Assembly: GCA_964057225.1 (NCBI GenBank)
Contig: OZ059900.1
Location: 23,064,001-23,128,000, forward strand
From: Auanema rhodensis
Taxonomy: Eukaryota > Animalia > Nematoda
Length of the DNA: 64,000 bases
Direction of reading: 5' to 3'
The notes under the pieces are model-generated. The model worked only from the letters and a program-made list of their open reading frames with translations, was not told where the DNA came from and ran no database searches. The translations under genes and the position numbers were made by a program. Below are positions 13,426-25,474 of the stretch, in pieces. Numbering within the stretch: position 1 is the stretch's first letter; every line of letters starts with the position of its first letter.

Positions 13426-15353
13426 TTTGTTCATATGAGTCGTCAAATGCAACGAATTTCAGCGTGTTACATACTAAAATGAAGCATTTTACATGCTGAA
13501 CACTAGAAAAATACAAAAACACAGTATTTCTCATGAGAAATATTTTATTATGCTGGAAAACCAGTTTTTGGAAATTTCGCTGTAAACAAGGTTTTGACTT
13601 ACGATTTCATGTGTTCAAACTCATGCAATGTCAATGAAACCTAGCTCAAAATTGTTTGTACAACGTCTAGTTCCACTTTCACGACAAAAAAACAGGGGTT
13701 AGAAAATTAAGGAAATTAGCATATTCTGAGGGCACGCCCCTTATGGCTAATATTGATTAAATCGATTTTTGTTCATATGAGTAGTCAAATGCAACGAATT
13801 TCAGCGTGTTACATACTTAAATGAAGCATTTTACATGCTGAACACTAGAAAAATACAAAAACACAGTATTTCCCATGAGAAATATTTTATTATGCTGGAA
13901 ACCAGTTTTTGGAATTTTCGCTGTAAACAAGGTTTTGACTTACGATTTCATGTGTTCAAACTCATGCAATGTCAATGAAACCTAGCTCAAAATTGTTCCT
14001 ACAACGTCTAATTCCACTTTCACGACAAAAAAACAGGGGTTAGAAAATTTAGGAAATTAGCATATTCTGAGGGCACGCCCCTTATGGCTAATATTGATTA
14101 AATCGATTTTTGTTCATATAAGTCGTCAAATGCAACGAATTTCAGCGTGTTACATACTAAAATGAAGTATTTTACATGCTGAACACTAGAAAAATACAAA
14201 AACACAGTATTTCCCATGAGAAATATTTTATTATGCTGGAAAACCAGTTTTTGGAAATTTCGCTGTAAACAAGGTTATGACTTACGATTTCATGTGTTCA
14301 AACTCATGCAATGTCAATGAAACCTAGCTCAAAATTGTTCGTACAACGTCTAGTTCCACTTTCACGACAAAAAAACAGGGGTTAGAAAATTTAGGAAATT
14401 AGCATATTCTGAGGGCACGCCCCTTATGGCTAATATTGATTAAATCGATTTTTGTTCATATGAGTCGTCAAGTGCAACGAATTTCAGCGTGTTACATACT
14501 AAAATGAAGTATTTTACATGCTGAACACTAGAAAAATACAAAAACACAGTATTTCCCATGAGAAATATTTTATTATGCTGGAAAACCAGTTTGAAAATTT
14601 CGCTGTAAACAAAGTTTTGACTTACGATTGCATGTGTTCAAACTCATGCAATGTCAATGAAACCTAGCTCAAAATTGTTCGTACAACGTCTAGTTCCACT
14701 TTCACGACAAAAAAACAGGGGTTAGAAAATTAAGGAAATTAGCATATTCTGAGGGCACGCCCCTTATGGCTAATATTGATTAAATCGATTTTTGTTCATA
14801 TGAGTCGTCAAATGCAACGAATTTCAGCGTGTTACATACTAAAATGAAGCATTTTACATGCTGAACACTAGAAAAATACAAAAACACAGTATTTCCCATG
14901 AGAAATATTTTATTGAGCTGGAAAACCAGTTTTTGGAAATTTCGCTGTAAACAAGGTTTTGACTTACGATTTCATGTGTTCAAACTCATACAATGTCAAT
15001 GAAACCTAGCTCAAAATTGTTCGTACAACGTCTAGTTCCACTTTCACGACAAAAAAACAGGGGTTAGAAAATTAAGGAAATTAGCATATTCTGAGGGCAC
15101 GCCCCTTATGGCTAATATTGATTAAATCGATTTTTGTTCATATGAGTCGTCAAATGCAACGAATTTCAGCGTGTTACATACTAAAATGAAGCATTTTACA
15201 TGCTGAACACTAGAAAAATACAAAAACACAGTATTTCCCATGAGAAATATTTTATTATGCTGGAAAACCAGTTTTTGAAAATTTCGCTGTAAACAAAGTT
15301 TTGACTTACGATTGCATGTGTTCAAACTCATGCATAGTCAATGAAACCTAGCT

Positions 15354-18300
15354 ACTGGAAACAGGCAGTACGCGATACGCAAATATTTGAATGACAGCTT
15401 TAATACAATACGACTTAGCTTACTCAATCATATCAAGCTTCATGAACAGGGACTGCTTGAGTAATAGATGATAGCAATGATAGTTTCGTTTCTTTTTTTA
15501 ATTAACTTTCCAGTACGCGAGCTATAATATTTAGAACGCGATTCCTTGATAATGAAAAACTTTCAGAGCCTGCACTGATAATATAACTGGAAACAGGCAA
15601 TACTAAAACATTTGAATGACAGCTTTATTACAATAGGACTTAGTTTACTCAATCATACCAATCTTCATGAACACGGACTGTTTGTGTAATAGATAATAGC
15701 AATAATAGTTTCGTTTGTGTTTTTAATTAACTTTCCTGTACGCGAGTTATAATATTTAGAACGTGATTCCTTGATTATGAAAAATTTTTAGAGCCTGCAC
15801 TGATAATATAACTGGAAACAGGCAGTACGCGATACGCAAATATTTGAATGACAGCTTTAATACAAGACGACTTAGCTTACTCAATCATATCAAGCTTCAT
15901 GAACAGGGACTGCTTGTGTAATAGATGATAGCAATGATAGTTTCGTTTCTTTTTTTAATTAACTTTCCAGTACGCGAGTTATCATATTTAGAACGCGATT
16001 GCTTCATAATGAAAAATGTTTAGAGCCTGCACTGATATTATAATTGGAAACAGGCAGTACGCAATACGCAAACATTTGAATGGCAGCTTTAATACAAGAC
16101 GACTTAGTTTACTCAATCATATCAAGCTTCATGAACACGGACTGTTTGTGCAATAGATGATAGCAATGATAGTTTCGTTTCTTTTTTTAACTAACTTTCC
16201 AGTACGCGAGTTATAATATTTAGAACGCGATTCCTTGATAATGAAAAACTTTCAGAGCCTGCACTGATAATATAATTGGAAACAGGCAGTACGCAATACG
16301 CAAACATTTGAATGACAGCTTTATTATAATACGACTTAGTTTACTCAATTATATCAAGCTTCATGAACACGGACTGCTTGTGTAATATATAATAGCAATA
16401 ATAGTTTCGTTTCTGTTTTTAATTAACTTTCCTGTACGCGAGTTATAATATTTAGAACGTGATTCCTTGATTATGAAAAACTTTCAGAGCCTGCACTGAT
16501 AATATAACTGGAAACAGGCAGTACGCGATACGCAAATATTTGAATGACAGCTTTAATACAAGACGACTTAGCTTACTCAATCATATCAAGCTTCATGAAC
16601 AGGGACTGCTTATGTAATAGATGATAGCAATGATAATTTCGTTTCTTTTTTCAATTAACTTTCCAGTACGCGAGTTATTATATTTAGAACGTGATTCCTT
16701 CATAATGAAAACTTTTTAGAGCCTGCTCTGATAATATAACTGGAAACAGGCAATACTAAAACATTAGAATGACAGCTTTATTACAATAGGACTTAGTTTA
16801 CTCAATCATACCAATCTTCATGAACACGGACTGTTTGTGTAATAGATAATAGCAATAATAGTTTCGTTTCTGTTTTTAATTAACTTTCCTGTACGCGAGT
16901 TATAATATTTAGAACGTGATTCCTTGATTATGAAAAACTTTCAGAGCCTGCACTGATAATATAATTGGAAACAGGCAGTACGCAATACGCAAACATTTGA
17001 ATGACAGCTTTATTACAATACGACTTAGTTTACTCAATTATATCAAGCTTCATGAACACGGACTGCTTGTGTAATATATAATAGCAATAATAGTTTTGTT
17101 TCTGTTTTTAATTAACTTTCCTGTACGCGAGTTATAATATTTAGAACGTGATTCCTTGATTATGAAAAACTTTCAGAGCCTGCACTGATAATATAATTGG
17201 AAACAGGCAGTACGCAATACGCAAACATTTGAATGACAGCTTTATTACAATACGACTTAGTTTACTCAATTATATCAAGCTTCATGAACACGGACTGCTT
17301 GTGTAATATATAATAGCAATAATAGTTTCGTTTCTGTTTTTAATTAACTTTCCTGTACGCGAGTTATTATATTTAGAACGTGATTCCTTCATAATGAAAA
17401 ATTTTTAGAGCCTGCACTGATAATATAACTGGAAACAGGCAATACTAAAACATTTGAATGACAGCTTTATTACAATAGGACTTAGTTTACTCAATCATAT
17501 CAAGCTTCATGAACACGGACTGTTTGTGCAATAGATGATAGCAATGATTATTTCGTTTCTTTTTTCAATTAACTTTCCAGTACGCGAGTTATTATATTTA
17601 GAACGTGATTCCTTCATAATGAAAAATTTTTAGAGCCTGCACTGATAATATAACTGGCAACAGGCAATACGCAAACATTTGAATGACAGCTTTATTACAA
17701 TACGACTTAGTTTACTCAATCATATCAAGCTTCATGAACACGGACTGTTTGTGCAATAGATGATAGCAATGATAGTTTCGTTTCTTTTTTTAACTAACTT
17801 TCCAGTACGCGAGTTATAATATTTAGAACGCGATTCCTTGATAATGAAAAACTTTCAGAGCCTGCACTGATAATATAATTGGAAACAGGCAGTACGCAAT
17901 ACGCAAACATTTGAATGACAGCTTTATTACAATACGACTTAGTTTACTCAATCATATCAAGCTTCATGAACACGGACTGTTTGTGCAATATATAATAGCA
18001 ATAATAGTTTCGTTTCTGTTTTTAATTAACTTTCCTGTACGCGAGTTATAATATTTAGAACGTGATTCTTTGATTATGAAAAACTTTCAGATCCTGCACT
18101 GATAATATAATTGGAAACAGGCAGTACGCAATACGCAAACATTTGAATGGCAGCTTTATTACAATACGACTTAGTTTACTCAATTATATCAAGCTTCATG
18201 AACACGGACTGTTTGTGCAATAGATGATAGCAATGATAATTTCGTTTCTTTTTTCAATTAACTTTCCAGTACGCGAGTTATTATATTTAGAACGTGATTC

Positions 18301-20339
18301 CTTGATTATGAAAAACTTTCAGAGCCTGCACTGATAATATAACTGGAAACAGGCAGTACGCAATAGGCAAACATTTGAATGACAGCTTTATTACAATACG
18401 ACTTAGTTTACTCAATTATATCAAGCTTCATGAACACGGACTGCTTGTGTAATATATAATAGCAATAATAGTTTTGTTTCTGTTTTTAATTAACTTTCCT
18501 GTACTCGAGTTACAATATTTAGAACGTGATTCCTTCATAATGAAAAATTTTTAGAGCCTGCACTGATAATATAACTGGAAACAGGCAATACTAAAACATT
18601 TGAATGACAGCTTTATTACAATAGGACTTAGTTTACTCAATCATATCAAGCTTCATGAACACGGACTGTTTGTGCAATAGATGATAGCAATGATTATTTC
18701 GTTTCTTTTTTCAATTAACTTTCCAGTACGCGAGTTATTATATTTAGAACGTGATTCCTTCATAATGAAAAATTTTTAGAGCCTGCACTGATAATATAAT
18801 TGGAAACAGGCAGTACGCAATACGCAAACATTTGAATGACAGCTTTATTACAATACGACTTAGCTTACTCAATCATATCAAGCTTCATGAACAGGGACTG
18901 TTTGTGTAATAGATGATAGCAATGATAGTTTCGTTTCTTTTTTTAATTAACTTTCCAGTACGCGAGTTATCATATTTAGAACGCGATTGCTTCATAATGA
19001 AAAATGTTTAGAGCCTGCACTGATAATATAACTGGCAACAGGCAATACGCAAACATTTGAATGACAGCTTTATTACAATAGGACTTAGTTTACTCAATCA
19101 TACCAATCTTCATGAACACGGACTGTTTGTGTAATAGATAATAGCAATAATAGTTTCGTTTCTGTTTTTAATTAACTTTCCTGTACGCGAGTTATAATAT
19201 TTAGAACGTGATTCCTTGATTATGAAAAATTTTTAGAGCCTGCACTGATAATATAACTGGAAACAGGCAGTACGCGATACGCAAATATTTGAATGACAGC
19301 TTTATTACAATACGACTTAGTTTACTCAATCATATCAAGAGTCATGAACACGGACTGTTTGTGTAATAGATAATAGCAATAATAGTTTCGTTTCTGTTTT
19401 CAAATAACTTTCCAGTACGCGAGTTATTATATTTAGAACGTGATTCCTTCATAATGAAAAATTTTTAGAGCCTGCACTGATAATATAACTGGAAACAGGC
19501 AGTACGCGATACGCAAACATTTGAATGACAGCTTTATTACAATACGACTTAGTTTACTCAATTATATCAAGCTTCATCAACACGGACTGTTTGTGCAATA
19601 GATGATAGCAATGATAATTTCGTTTCTTTTTTTAATTAACTTTCCAGTACGCGAGTTATCATATTTAGAACGCGATTGCTTCATAATGAAAAATGTTTAG
19701 AGCCTGCACTGATAATATAACTGGCAACAGGCAATACGGAAACATTTGAATGACAGCTTTATTACAATACGACTTAGTTTACTCAATCATATCAAGCTTC
19801 ATGAACACGGACTGTTTGTGTAATAGATAATAGCAATAATAGTTTCGTTTCTGTTTTCAAATAACTTTCCAGTACGCGAGTTATTATATTTAGAACGTGA
19901 TTCCTTCATAATGAAAAATTTTTAGAGCCTGCACTGATAATATAACTGGAAACAGGCAGTACGCGATACGCAAATATTTGAATGACAGCTTTAATACAAT
20001 ACGACTTAGCTTACTCAATCATATCAAGCTTCATGAACAGGGACTGCTTGTGTAATAGATGATAGCAATGATAGTTTCGTTTCTTTTTTTAATTAACTTT
20101 CCAGTACGCGAGTTATCATATTTAGAACGCGATTGCTTCATAATGAAAAATGTTTAGAGCCTGCACTGATAATATAACTGGCAACAGGCAATACGGAAAC
20201 ATTTGAATGACAGCTTTATTACAATACGACTTAGTTTACTCAATCATATCAAGCTTCATGAACACGGACTGTTTGTGTAATAGATGATAGCAATGATAAT
20301 TTCGTTTCTTTTTTCAATTAACTTTCCAGTACGCGAGTT
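15354..20339 (+). repeat. Satellite B array, 232/225-bp monomers, forward orientation; 21 complete units (14 x 232, 7 x 225) plus a 163-bp partial
   Basis: The a(c/t)tgg(a/c)aacaggca unit start recurs at 15354, 15586, 15811, 16043, 16275, 16507, 16739, 16964 ... 19945, 20177. The length classes differ by one 7-bp block in gcagtac-gc(a/g)atac-gcaaa. Confidence 0.98.
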
Positions 20340-20488
20340 GTTCATGAAGATTGGTATGATTGAGTAAACTAAGTCCTATTGTAATAAAGCTGTCATTCAA
20401 ATGTTTTAGTATTGCCTGTTTCCAGTTATATTATCAGTGCAGGCTCTGAAAGTTTTTCATTATCAAGGAATCGCGTTCTAAATATTAT
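20340..20488 (-). other. Unpaired 149-bp central spacer of the palindrome (reverse-oriented satellite B); orientation switch at 20339/20340
   Basis: Forward ...ccagtacgcgagtt (ends 20339) is joined directly to reverse gttcatgaagattggtatg. The mirror partner of 20339 is 20489 (aactcgcgtactgg). Confidence 0.93.
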
Positions 20489-23400
20489 AACTCGCGTACT
20501 GGAAAGTTAGTTAAAAAAAGAAACGAAACTATCATTGCTATCATCTATTGCACAAACAGTCCGTGTTCATGAAGCTTGATATGATTGAGTAAACTAAGTC
20601 GTATTGTAATAAAGCTGTCATTCAAATGTTTCCGTATTGCCTGTTGCCAGTTATATTATCAGTGCAGGCTCTAAACATTTTTCATTATGAAGCAATCGCG
20701 TTCTAAATATGATAACTCGCGTACTGGAAAGTTAATTAAAAAAAGAAACGAAACTATCATTGCTATCATCTATTACACAAGCAGTCCCTGTTCATGAAGC
20801 TTGATATGATTGAGTAAGCTAAGTCGTATTGTATTAAAGCTGTCATTCAAATATTTGCGTATCGCGTACTGCCTGTTTCCAGTTATATTATCAGTGCAGG
20901 CTCTAAAAATTTTTCATTATGAAGGAATCACGTTCTAAATATAATAACTCGCGTACTGGAAAGTTATTTGAAAACAGAAACGAAACTATTATTGCTATTA
21001 TCTATTACACAAACAGTCCGTGTTCATGAAGCTTGATATGATTGAGTAAACTAAGTCGTATTGTAATAAAGCTGTCATTCAAATGTTTCCGTATTGCCTG
21101 TTGCCAGTTATATTATCAGTGCAGGCTCTAAACATTTTTCATTATGAAGCAATCGCGTTCTAAATATGATAACTCGCGTACTGGAAAGTTAATTAAAAAA
21201 AGAAACGAAATTATCATTGCTATCATCTATTGCACAAACAGTCCGTGTTGATGAAGCTTGATATAATTGAGTAAACTAAGTCATATTGTAATAAAGCTGT
21301 CATTCAAATGTTTGCGTATCGCGTACTGCCTGTTTCCAGTTATATTATCAGTGCAGGCTCTAAAAATTTTTCATTATGAAGGAATCACGTTCTAAATATA
21401 ATAACTCGCGTACTGGAAAGTTATTTGAAAACAGAAACGAAACTATTATTGCTATTATCTATTACACAAACAGTCCGTGTTCATGACTCTTGATATGATT
21501 GAGTAAACTAAGTCGTATTGTAATAAAGCTGTCATTCAAATATTTGCGTATCGCGTACTGCCTGTTTCCAGTTATATTATCAGTGCAGGCTCTAAAAATT
21601 TTTCATAATCAAGGAATCACGTTCTAAATATTATAACTCGCGTACAGGAAAGTTAATTAAAAACAGAAACGAAACTATTATTGCTATTATCTATTACACA
21701 AACAGTCCGTGTTCATGAAGATTGGTATGATTGAGTAAACTAAGTCCTATTGTAATAAAGCTGTCATTCAAATGTTTGCGTATTGCCTGTTGCCAGTTAT
21801 ATTATCAGTGCAGGCTCTAAACATTTTTCATTATGAAGCAATCGCGTTCTAAATATGATAACTCGCGTACTGGAAAGTTAATTAAAAAAAGAAACGAAAC
21901 TATCATTGCTATCATCTATTACACAAACAGTCCCTGTTCATGAAGCTTGATATGATTGAGTAAGCTAAGTCGTATTGTAATAAAGCTGTCATTCAAATGT
22001 TTGCGTATTGCGTACTGCCTGTTTCCAATTATATTATCAGTGCAGGCTCTAAAAATTTTTCATTATGAAGGAATCACGTTCTAAATATAATAACTCGCGT
22101 ACTGGAAAGTTAATTGAAAAAAGAAACGAAATAATCATTGCTATCATCTATTGCACAAACAGTCCGTGTTCATGAAGCTTGATATGATTGAGTAAACTAA
22201 GTCCTATTGTAATAAAGCTGTCATTCAAATGTTTTAGTATTGCCTGTTTCCAGTTATATTATCAGTGCAGGCTCTAAAAATTTTTCATTATGAAGGAATC
22301 ACGTTCTAAATATTGTAACTCGAGTACAGGAAAGTTAATTAAAAACAGAAACAAAACTATTATTGCTATTATATATTACACAAGCAGTCCGTGTTCATGA
22401 AGCTTGATATAATTGAGTAAACTAAGTCGTATTGTAATAAAGCTGTCATTCAAATGTTTGCCTATTGCGTACTGCCTGTTTCCAGTTATATTATCAGTGC
22501 AGGCTCTGAAAGTTTTTCATAATCAAGGAATCACGTTCTAAATATAATAACTCGCGTACTGGAAAGTTAATTGAAAAAAGAAACGAAATTATCATTGCTA
22601 TCATCTATTGCACAAACAGTCCGTGTTCATGAAGCTTGATATAATTGAGTAAACTAAGTCGTATTGTAATAAAGCTGCCATTCAAATGTTTGCGTATTGC
22701 GTACTGCCTGTTTCCAATTATATTATCAGTGCAGGATCTGAAAGTTTTTCATAATCAAAGAATCACGTTCTAAATATTATAACTCGCGTACAGGAAAGTT
22801 AATTAAAAACAGAAACGAAACTATTATTGCTATTATATATTGCACAAACAGTCCGTGTTCATGAAGCTTGATATGATTGAGTAAACTAAGTCGTATTGTA
22901 ATAAAGCTGTCATTCAAATGTTTGCGTATTGCGTACTGCCTGTTTCCAATTATATTATCAGTGCAGGCTCTGAAAGTTTTTCATTATCAAGGAATCGCGT
23001 TCTAAATATTATAACTCGCGTACTGGAAAGTTAGTTAAAAAAAGAAACGAAACTATCATTGCTATCATCTATTGCACAAACAGTCCGTGTTCATGAAGCT
23101 TGATATGATTGAGTAAACTAAGTCGTATTGTAATAAAGCTGTCATTCAAATGTTTGCGTATTGCCTGTTGCCAGTTATATTATCAGTGCAGGCTCTAAAA
23201 ATTTTTCATTATGAAGGAATCACGTTCTAAATATAATAACTCGCGTACTGGAAAGTTAATTGAAAAAAGAAACGAAATAATCATTGCTATCATCTATTGC
23301 ACAAACAGTCCGTGTTCATGAAGCTTGATATGATTGAGTAAACTAAGTCCTATTGTAATAAAGCTGTCATTCAAATGTTTTAGTATTGCCTGTTTCCAGT

Positions 23401-25474
23401 TATATTATCAGTGCAGGCTCTAAAAATTTTTCATTATGAAGGAATCACGTTCTAAATATAATAACTCGCGTACAGGAAAGTTAATTAAAAACAGAAACGA
23501 AACTATTATTGCTATTATATATTACACAAGCAGTCCGTGTTCATGAAGCTTGATATAATTGAGTAAACTAAGTCGTATTGTAATAAAGCTGTCATTCAAA
23601 TGTTTGCGTATTGCGTACTGCCTGTTTCCAATTATATTATCAGTGCAGGCTCTGAAAGTTTTTCATAATCAAGGAATCACGTTCTAAATATTATAACTCG
23701 CGTACAGGAAAGTTAATTAAAAACAGAAACAAAACTATTATTGCTATTATATATTACACAAGCAGTCCGTGTTCATGAAGCTTGATATAATTGAGTAAAC
23801 TAAGTCGTATTGTAATAAAGCTGTCATTCAAATGTTTGCGTATTGCGTACTGCCTGTTTCCAATTATATTATCAGTGCAGGCTCTGAAAGTTTTTCATAA
23901 TCAAGGAATCACGTTCTAAATATTATAACTCGCGTACAGGAAAGTTAATTAAAAACAGAAACGAAACTATTATTGCTATTATCTATTACACAAACAGTCC
24001 GTGTTCATGAAGATTGGTATGATTGAGTAAACTAAGTCCTATTGTAATAAAGCTGTCATTCTAATGTTTTAGTATTGCCTGTTTCCAGTTATATTATCAG
24101 AGCAGGCTCTAAAAAGTTTTCATTATGAAGGAATCACGTTCTAAATATAATAACTCGCGTACTGGAAAGTTAATTGAAAAAAGAAACGAAATTATCATTG
24201 CTATCATCTATTACATAAGCAGTCCCTGTTCATGAAGCTTGATATGATTGAGTAAGCTAAGTCGTCTTGTATTAAAGCTGTCATTCAAATATTTGCGTAT
24301 CGCGTACTGCCTGTTTCCAGTTATATTATCAGTGCAGGCTCTGAAAGTTTTTCATAATCAAGGAATCACGTTCTAAATATTATAACTCGCGTACAGGAAA
24401 GTTAATTAAAAACAGAAACGAAACTATTATTGCTATTATATATTACACAAGCAGTCCGTGTTCATGAAGCTTGATATAATTGAGTAAACTAAGTCGTATT
24501 ATAATAAAGCTGTCATTCAAATGTTTGCGTATTGCGTACTGCCTGTTTCCAATTATATTATCAGTGCAGGCTCTGAAAGTTTTTCATTATCAAGGAATCG
24601 CGTTCTAAATATTATAACTCGCGTACTGGAAAGTTAGTTAAAAAAAGAAACGAAACTATCATTGCTATCATCTATTGCACAAACAGTCCGTGTTCATGAA
24701 GCTTGATATGATTGAGTAAACTAAGTCGTCTTGTATTAAAGCTGCCATTCAAATGTTTGCGTATTGCGTACTGCCTGTTTCCAATTATAATATCAGTGCA
24801 GGCTCTAAACATTTTTCATTATGAAGCAATCGCGTTCTAAATATGATAACTCGCGTACTGGAAAGTTAATTAAAAAAAGAAACGAAACTATCATTGCTAT
24901 CATCTATTACACAAGCAGTCCCTGTTCATGAAGCTTGATATGATTGAGTAAGCTAAGTCGTCTTGTATTAAAGCTGTCATTCAAATATTTGCGTATCGCG
25001 TACTGCCTGTTTCCAGTTATATTATCAGTGCAGGCTCTAAAAATTTTTCATAATCAAGGAATCACGTTCTAAATATTATAACTCGCGTACAGGAAAGTTA
25101 ATTAAAAACAGAAACGAAACTATTATTGCTATTATCTATTACACAAACAGTCCGTGTTCATGAAGATTGGTATGATTGAGTAAACTAAGTCCTATTGTAA
25201 TAAAGCTGTCATTCAAATGTTTTAGTATTGCCTGTTTCCAGTTATATTATCAGTGCAGGCTCTGAAAGTTTTTCATTATCAAGGAATCGCGTTCTAAATA
25301 TTATAGCTCGCGTACTGGAAAGTTAATTAAAAAAAGAAACGAAACTATCATTGCTATCATCTATTACTCAAGCAGTCCCTGTTCATGAAGCTTGATATGA
25401 TTGAGTAAGCTAAGTCGTATTGTATTAAAGCTGTCATTCAAATATTTGCGTATCGCGTACTGCCTGTTTCCAGT
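20340..25474 (-). repeat. Satellite B array, reverse orientation; 22 complete units plus an 87-bp partial
   Basis: Reverse complement of the 15354-20339 array (tgcctgtttccagt unit ends). The monomer variants occur in mirrored order. Confidence 0.98.

Larger units (their letters stand above)
1..15353 (+). repeat. Satellite A array, 342-bp monomer, forward orientation; 46 complete units (42 full-length, 4 of 193 bp) plus a final partial unit
   Basis: tttgttcatatgagtcgtcaaatgc recurs at 1, 343, 685, 1027 and onward. Monomers differ by only a few bases. The first monomer has 115/342 G+C. The array ends abruptly at ...gaaacctagct (15353). Confidence 0.99.

Noticed and set aside
15354-15585. 5S rRNA, tRNA or snRNA tandem gene array
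   Set aside because: Neither monomer shows recognisable structural RNA sequence or Pol III A/B/C boxes, and both are very AT-rich.
15354-25474. Satellite B block as a foldback transposon inserted into A
   Set aside because: There is no target-site duplication. The flanking A arrays are themselves inverted and mirrored for >15 kb, so the symmetry is not limited to the block.
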